Part shown: positions 55,874 to 64,000 of the stretch, piece by piece | Position numbering within the stretch: the first letter of the stretch is position 1 | How the letters are laid out: every line of letters begins with the position of its first letter | Source of the DNA: Eledone cirrhosa | Taxonomy: Eukaryota | NCBI GenBank assembly: GCA_964016885.1 | Contig: OZ024748.1 | Span: 5,270,001 to 5,334,000, forward strand | Direction of reading: 5' to 3' | Length of the DNA: 64,000 nucleotides | Program-made: the position numbers and the translations under genes | Notes under the pieces: generated by a model | What the model was told of the DNA's origin: nothing | Database searches by the model: none | The model's input: only the letters and a program-made list of their open reading frames with translations

Positions 55874-57095
55874 TTGTGCTGTATGTATTTATATATATTT
55901 CATGTGCGATACACCCCGGCCTATATATATGCATGTATACAAACCCCCCCCCCCCCACAAATATATGTATATATGTATATATGTATGTATGTATGCAAGC
56001 ATATATGTATGTACGCATGGATGTACGTATATATGTATGTATATGTATGCGTGTGTGGTTCAGCGTTCTTCCGATCGTTATGTCAACGTTTCAATGCTTT
56101 TTAGTAATTATATAGTATAGTTCCACGTATATACTTAACCGTGTGACACGTGTGTATGCGTGTGATCTTGTATGTGATTGTCTTTATGATATCATATAGA
56201 TATTTTGTGATATTAATAAATATTTAAAGACTATTAAAAGGATATACACGCCATAAATATTGATATGCCGGATTATATGGAACTTTACGCTACTTAGTCC
56301 AGTTTCTTCATATTCCGTTTTTAAAACTCTACTAAATCCCGGATTTATGATAGGAAAGTGATGTATATATCATTATAAAACAGCCCTTTATAATTTGTTT
56401 CTACTGTATGTTATTGTCATTTTCCTCTTCACGTGTTTGTTGTAGTCAGTAAGTGTATATGGTCACGCGCTACTCCTCTCATCAGAGGCATATAAAACAA
56501 ATGGCCACTTATAGTCTTATTGTCTTAATCGGCTGATGAAGTGTCACGTGTTAGTATATCTCTATGAACATTTCAATACCAAGCAGAAACCAGTTTCTAT
56601 CTGGAATAGTCTTATAATATATGCATGTATGAATGAGTTGTGTAATGTTGAGTGCTTTTCCTACTGTTACATCATGGTTGACTGAACGGAACGACCAGTT
56701 CTATCCAGTGGTGAACCATTAAACATAAATGTATACATATATATACAGGTGGTGCTACTAAGTTAGACATGGCCTGGGCCAATACTGGGCGAAACCTATC
56801 AAAGTTATTAGAGATATAAATCGACGCTCGCTCTATTGCTAGAGAGATTATTTAGTATAAATAAAGAATCATACTTTTTAGATGTATGTGAGACGTTTGA
56901 TTTCGGACACCAGTTTGCAACCAGTATATATCGGAGGTGCTTCTTCAAAAACTGGCATCTCATCAGGGGCTCAGACTAAAATACGTATTTTTATCTGAGC
57001 ATCTGATTAGAAGTTCAGCTTTTAAGGAACTCCTCGACTATAATGTGGTTGCCATAACTGCACTACAAAACCAATGGTTCGGCATATATATATAT

Positions 57096-57472
57096 ATAGG
57101 AACGAGTAGGACCCCGACGGGTGAGCTCAAGCCGTTTCGACGGCTAATTCTGGAATAAACGAACATTTTTATCCTGGTATATGAATAGCCGAGCGTCCAC
57201 AAATTGCCATGATAGAATTATGTGTCTCAACAACAAACTTTTGACCAATCCTTGTGACAATCACTTTTACCATATATGGAATTACCCCCTGAGAAGCTCG
57301 GCTATTCATATACCAGGATAAAAATGTTCATTTAGTCCAGAATTAGCCGTCGAAACGGCTTGAGCTCAGCCGTCGGGGTCCTACTCGTTCCTATTACCCA
57401 CTCTACTACCCTAAGTATTGACTACTTTGGTGCGTTATCGTCCACCTGTTTCCATACCACATTTCCTTCGTT
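57096..57472 (+). mobile_element. Family D element: inverted partial arm plus complete hammerhead-bearing arm
   Basis: 57096-57194 is the reverse complement of 57296-57394, and the element is flanked by (TA)n. Diverged relatives lie at about 8935, 15350, 23205 and 30322. Confidence 0.85.
57284..57379 (+). ncRNA. Type I hammerhead ribozyme with extended stem III (position 8 deviates)
   Basis: ACCCC-CTGAGAA-GCT CGGCTA...TAGCCG TC-GAA-ACGGCT TGAGCTC AGCCGT-C-GGGGT. Stem I is ACCCC/GGGGT, stem III has 6 bp, and the cleavage site is GUC. The core reads CUGAGAA rather than CUGANGA. Confidence 0.65.
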
Positions 57473-57786
57473 ATATATATATATATTCCCTTTCTTTATA
57501 CTAGGCAAGGCCTATCGACACTCATGCCTGCGTGTATAAACTTAAACAATTTAAGATATTCCATCTTGTGATTGAACCTGTGACCTTCTGATTGAGAAGC
57601 CAGCTTCTTAAATATTCCGCCACACCGCGTGTACTCACCACTCACACTACGTCTGTCTGTCTGCCCCTCTCTCTCTCTCTCGCTCTCTCTCTCCATATAT
57701 ATATATTTATATATATAAACACACACATATATATATATATATATACAGGTATATATATATATATATTATATTTATATATATATATA

Positions 57787-57834
<48 letters not shown>

Positions 57835-58257
57835 TATATATATGCACTTATATGTGTGTGTATGTGTGTATTCAATATTTTCATGTGTGCTGTTTATACA
57901 ACACAAACACGGAACACACAGCTCAGCCGTTAAGTACCTCCTGTTTAACTGTATGGATTTTATGAGTAGTTTCTGTAATAGTTATTAAACCATGAAAGTC
58001 CGTCACATCATAAACAGATATGTTTATATTGCTACAATATTAAGGGAGATAACCGTCGAGAAATTATGTTTGAAATCTATCATAAATGGACTCGAAACCA
58101 ATATATATAAGTTTGTTTGTTTGTTTGTTTGTATATAAATATATATATATATACATACATTTATATATATATATACATGCATTTATATATATATATATAT
58201 TTATTTATATATATATACATACATTTATATTTATATATACATGCATTTATATATATA

Positions 58258-58381
<124 letters not shown>

Positions 58382-58472
58382 CAACTTGGTAGTTGGAAAG
58401 ATATATTGATGATCAGCATAATATAGCTAGGTTATATAATATAAACTTAGGTACGAAAAATAAATATGTATG

Positions 58473-58572
<100 letters not shown>

Positions 58573-58845
58573 AATATATATATATTTATATATATATATT
58601 ATTACATAAATACATAGGTAAATAGACAGGCAGGCAGGTAGATAGTCACCAAGGAAAGGAGGCTGGATTTCTGACCTGTACAAACATCATATGCAAATAC
58701 ACATACACACTTATCCCCTGACACACACACAATCAGACCTCAGAACACACGCACGTAAAATTATTTTGCACTGTTAAATAACCGATACTTGAAAGTGAAA
58801 GACGTGTTTTATATATTACTCCACAAGATTGACATAAGACATATG

Positions 58846-58957
<112 letters not shown>

Positions 58958-59594
58958 CTCTCTCTCTCTCTCTCCCTCTCTTTCTCTCCCCCTCTCTCTC
59001 TCTATATATATATATATATATGTGTGTATATATGTATATATATATCATATAAGTCTGAGTATATATGTGTGGGTCTTTGTCTCTCTCTCTCTCTATATAT
59101 ATATAATTATATTGTAATGTAATATAATGTGTGTGTATATATATATATATGTATGTGCGTGTGTGAGTGTGTATGGGTGTGTGTATGTATCGGTGTTGTT
59201 GTGTGTGTGTGTGTGTGTGTCTGTGTGTGTTTGTGTGTGATTTTGGGTGTTTGTATAACTGTGTGTTTGTCTGAGAGACTCTGAGTGTGGATGTGTGCGT
59301 CTAAGAAAACTAAGATTGATAAAGAACTTAGTAAACAATGCAAAGATAGGAAAATAAAAACCTTTAAAAAACACAAGAATCAGAATAGCAGATTTGCATT
59401 TATTAAAACGAACATTCCTGAATATAACAGACAGCGATGGAGAGTATATTAGCGAGATATTGAAATTTCGGACCCGGGCTTATCTTTAGAAGTTTTTAAG
59501 CACCCATTAAAACACTTGTGCACTTTACCCGTTGTTTCATCTCTTAAGAATCATTCTACACACACATACACCACACACACACTTATATATACAT

Positions 59595-59694
<100 letters not shown>

Positions 59695-59752
59695 TGTATT
59701 ATATTTTGGTGAAAACAACAATAATATTTGATTGGTTTGCTTGCTTAATATT

Positions 59753-59848
<96 letters not shown>

Positions 59849-60064
59849 TTATGTATGTATGTAAGTATGTAGATATAATTACATATGAATATACACAAAA
59901 TTGATATACACTTTCTCTATATATAAATAATGTATATAATCTTCAGAAACTACGCACATAATGGGAATTATATACATATATATGAATTTATACGCTTTTG
60001 CAGTTATACATATATCTACACACACAAACAGATACACAAATATAGAAATATATATATATATATA

Positions 60065-60100
60065 TATATTTGTGTGTGCATCTGTGTTTGTGTGAGTGAA

Positions 60101-60173
<73 letters not shown>

Positions 60174-60233
60174 TAAATATATATATATATATATTTGTGT
60201 GTGCATCTGTGTTTGTGTGTGTGAAGGTATATC

Positions 60234-60276
<43 letters not shown>

Positions 60277-60310
60277 CATATTTGTGTGTGCATCTGTGTT
60301 TGTGTGTGTG

Positions 60311-60354
<44 letters not shown>

Positions 60355-60386
60355 TATATATATATTTGTGTGTGTGAAGGTATATC

Positions 60387-60435
<49 letters not shown>

Positions 60436-60467
60436 TATATATATATTTGTGTGTGTGAAGGTATATC

Positions 60468-60511
<44 letters not shown>

Positions 60512-60515
60512 GTGT
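60065..60515. repeat. Tandem units of a constant block plus variable (TA)n
   Basis: About 5 copies of ATATTTGTGTGTG(CATCTGTGTTTGTGTGTG)TGAAGGTA separated by (TA)n. Confidence 0.85.
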
Positions 60516-60911
60516 CTTTATATGTAACCTCAATTTAAGTACACCATAATATATTACTTTCACTTTCTATTGGAACGTGACCACTACAAAGGTTATGAAC
60601 ATTAAACAGGTCAACAAATCTTTTAGTCAATTCTTTTTTACATGGAAATATGTAACAATGTAATAGCCCACCAATTATACTCTCCACTGTGTCTACATGT
60701 ATGTATGAATGAGTTTGTATTTGATGATTTGCATATATATATTCGTTCTATGAATATATATGTAAATAATAATAAATATATAGAAACTATTGCAAATTAT
60801 TTTTTAAGTGAATTAGTAAAGAAAACAACACAACTAGGAAAAGGTGTGGAAATATGTTTCCATTGGTCTTTCTAATTGCTAATTCTATCTATCGGTTGCA
60901 ACTCCAGGTAG

Positions 60912-61008
60912 AAGGAGCCACGTCAAATAAAACGTGTTGCCCATGGACATAACGCATCGCCCGGTCAGGGAATCGAACTCACAACCTAACCATTGCCACA
61001 CGCCTTCT
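60912..61008 (-). mobile_element. SINE family 2 fragment
   Basis: Minus strand GAAGGCGTGTGGC...GGTTGTGAGTTCGATTCCCTGACCGGG..., diverged and internally deleted. Confidence 0.6.
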
Positions 61009-61289
61009 TTATATAAAATACAATAGAAATATTATATATTAGAAAGGGATAAATTGGTGAAACAAAGGATTGTTTAATAAAACAAATATTAGTAAATGAA
61101 GAAGTCTCTGGAGAAACTCGCCAATGGTTTTTCGAACATGACCAGCAATTTTGCTCCAACCCTAAACGACGCTGCCATGAAGTTATATTAATTATTAGGA
61201 ACAAAATAGAAGTAAATACAAGGTGAAAGAAGTTAGTGAGGAAATTGAGCAGTTCTGTTATCATACACAGGACTAGTTAGAACATCAAA

Positions 61290-62030
61290 CACAACATCTT
61301 AGCAAATCTGGGGAGACATTATGTCAGAGTAATTATATAACATAAAACAAGTAATTGGAGGGCACCCTGACATGACTAGTCCACCAAATTCTAGTTGAAG
61401 TGTAAAACTGGGACACATGCGATACTTGAAAGGCTGAGGGAGCTAGAAATAAAACCTGACTGGTACACTAAGGGAAAACTCAGTCTGATTCACAAGAATA
61501 ATGACACAGAATCCCTCCTGTTCCACACACACAACTACAGGCCCCTATCATCACTTCCTCAAACCTACAAGTCCTTAACTGCAATAATATCGCAGGAAAG
61601 ACCAAGCATCTAGAATGAAAGAACTTGTTTCTAGAAGAAGAAAAATAGTGGTTTCTGATTTAGGCTCAAAGCCCGCAATTTTGGGGAAAGTGAAAGCTGA
61701 CTAATTTGACCCCAGTTCATTGCTGTTAATTTATTTTATCAACATCTGTAAGGATAAAAAGAAAAGCTAACCTCGACAGGATTTGAACCCAGAACATAAA
61801 TGGATGTAGCTATGCCACCAAGCAAGTCTCCGACGCTCTACCGATTCTGCCTATCCACCGCTATTACTGCAAATGTTTACAAAGAAATCCACCGCTATTA
61901 CTGCAAATGTTAATCAAGAAATCCATAACAGAAAAAGAAAAAAAAAAATTTAACATGGCATGGATTGATTACCAGAAAGATTTTGATAGTGTTACCCACA
62001 TATAAAATACAGGACACACTAAACATGAAC
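61290..62030 (+). pseudogene. Decayed R4/Dong-type LINE reverse transcriptase fragment interrupted by a SINE
   Basis: Reads PDWYTKGKLSLIHK..NYRPLSSLPQTYKSLTAIIS (ORF 61395-61613) and, after the SINE, NMAWIDYQKDFDSVTH. Compare P.W.T.G...LIPK..NYRPITCL...YK and AWIDY.KAFDSVPH. Confidence 0.8.
61648..61862 (-). mobile_element. SINE family 1 inserted into the LINE remnant
   Basis: Reverse complement of the consensus. Confidence 0.85.
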
Positions 62031-62344
62031 CAAGTTGGGCCATGAGTAAAATCATTCAGCTTTTTTCCGTAAAAATAACTTATTTGTCATCAGCTTAGAG
62101 ACAGACTGTGAAATTCAAGTATACAGTAAAGAGTTTTGTCAGATTAATATTATTTTCTTTGTCTGGAGATAATGTTTGTAGCATTGTGCTTCACAAACAA
62201 TTATTTTTGGATATCAAGCCAGGGGTGAAAATTAATATTAAGTTAAAACTAAATATTCTATCTCTTCTCTACGTACGTATGTACGTACAGGTTTCGCTTC
62301 ATAATCTAAAGACGTGCTTCAATATACACATACATACTCCCTCC

Positions 62345-62470
<126 letters not shown>

Positions 62471-62597
62471 GTATATATATGCATATGTATATATACATGA
62501 ATATATATATATGTATATATATGTATATATATGCATATGTATATATACATGAATATATATGTATATATATGTATATATATGCATATGTATATATACA

Positions 62598-62649
<52 letters not shown>

Positions 62650-62788
62650 TGTATATATACATATGCACAGTAAAGTAATAGCAACGTATGTATTAATATA
62701 TACAAACACACAAATATATTTATATATATATATATATATATGCACACACACACACGTAAACACATAGAGATACCTGCAGACGCATTAT

Positions 62789-62851
<63 letters not shown>

Positions 62852-63791
62852 GGGGGGGGGTGTATGTGTGTACGGTTCGAGTAGTGGTGATAATAAAATG
62901 CTTATAATAATAAAAATGTTGATAGTAATGATGAAAACAATAGCAATAAGCAAAGCATCACCAATAACACCACCACTACGACCACCAGTAACAACAACAA
63001 CAATAATACCAACAATAACACGAACAACACATATAGTACTGCCGTCAGTGCGTAATTGTGACTCGGCCTTTTTATCTCTCATTTCTTCACTCTCTGACAT
63101 GAGTATGTGTGTATGTGAGTGTGTGTGAGAGCCTGTGTGTAAACGTTTGTATGTGATGTGTGTGTTCCCTCTGTGTGCGTGCGCGGCTTTGTGTGTGTGT
63201 GTTTATGACTATGTATGTATGTATGTATGTACGCAGGCATGTGTGTGATGAAAAAGATGAAGAAAAAGAGAAGGAAAAGAGGTAGAATTCAAACGGTGAA
63301 TATGTTCGATTCATTTTTAATATCTTTAAGTCTTTGATAATAAGAAAACTCAATTTTAATTTGGTGAAATTGAAGAATGAAATTATGATTCACAGACAAA
63401 TATTCCTTCATCTTCCAATAGAAAGAACCAAAGTTGGACTTGATGAAGATTTTACCATATTTTTCAAAGATATTTCAATGTTTCATTATTAAATAGGCAA
63501 CAATTTGCTGGAAATTTCAATACAGAAACAGTAAGAGGAAAAAGAAGAATAAAAACAATAAATATATAAATATATAAATATAATATAAAATAATAACATA
63601 ATATACAAAACAACAAAAATAATAATAGAATTAATAAAAATAATAATAGAATTAATAAAAATAATGAAAATAAGAATATTGATAATGATGAGGATGATGG
63701 TCATAATAATAATAATAATAATAACAATAACCACAAAAATAATGATGATGATGATGATGATAATGATTTCTTTATTAGCCACATAATAGTA

Positions 63792-63972
63792 ATAATTGTT
63801 TCTACATTTGGCACAAGGCCAGCAAATACCCAGTGCATTACTGGTACTTTATTTTATCGACCCCAAAAGGATGAAAGGCAAAGTTAACCTCGGCGGGATT
63901 TGAACTTAGAATGGCAAGGGCTGTAACTCTATGCGTCAACATGGCGTCCGACCCTCTACCGATACTGCCAAT
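63792..63972 (-). mobile_element. SINE family 1 (short-tail form)
   Basis: Reverse complement of the consensus, including most of the tRNA head. Confidence 0.9.
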
Positions 63973-64000
63973 TAATAATATAAACATATAAGATATGCAA

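Overview
AT-rich eukaryotic non-coding DNA, saturated with microsatellites ((TA)n, (CA)n, (TC)n, (TATG)n, (CAC/CAT/TAC)n, (CCAA)n). Two tRNA-derived SINE families resemble those I know from octopod cephalopods, so this is probably an intron or intergenic region of such a genome (inference). No intact protein-coding gene is evident, and nearly all ORFs in the track are microsatellite read-throughs. Recognisable content: about 20 copies of one tRNA-SINE, several CORE-type SINEs, non-autonomous Helitron(s), small MITEs, and decayed Tc1/mariner, R4/Dong, Tx1/L1 and RTE coding remnants. The main signal is at least 7 unrelated families of short (100-500 bp) elements sitting inside (TA)n tracts. Several contain foldable type I hammerhead ribozymes (CUGANGA...GAAA..NUH with paired stems I and II, one with a compensatory U3-A8 core). 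Many copies occur as fold-back palindromes whose symmetry axis lies in the ribozyme hairpins, which suggests Penelope-like or retrozyme-like non-autonomous retroelements. Also present: a perfect 302-bp palindrome, a Foldback-like inverted array of 31-bp repeats, and two weak candidate minus-strand exons. All alignments and folds were done by eye.
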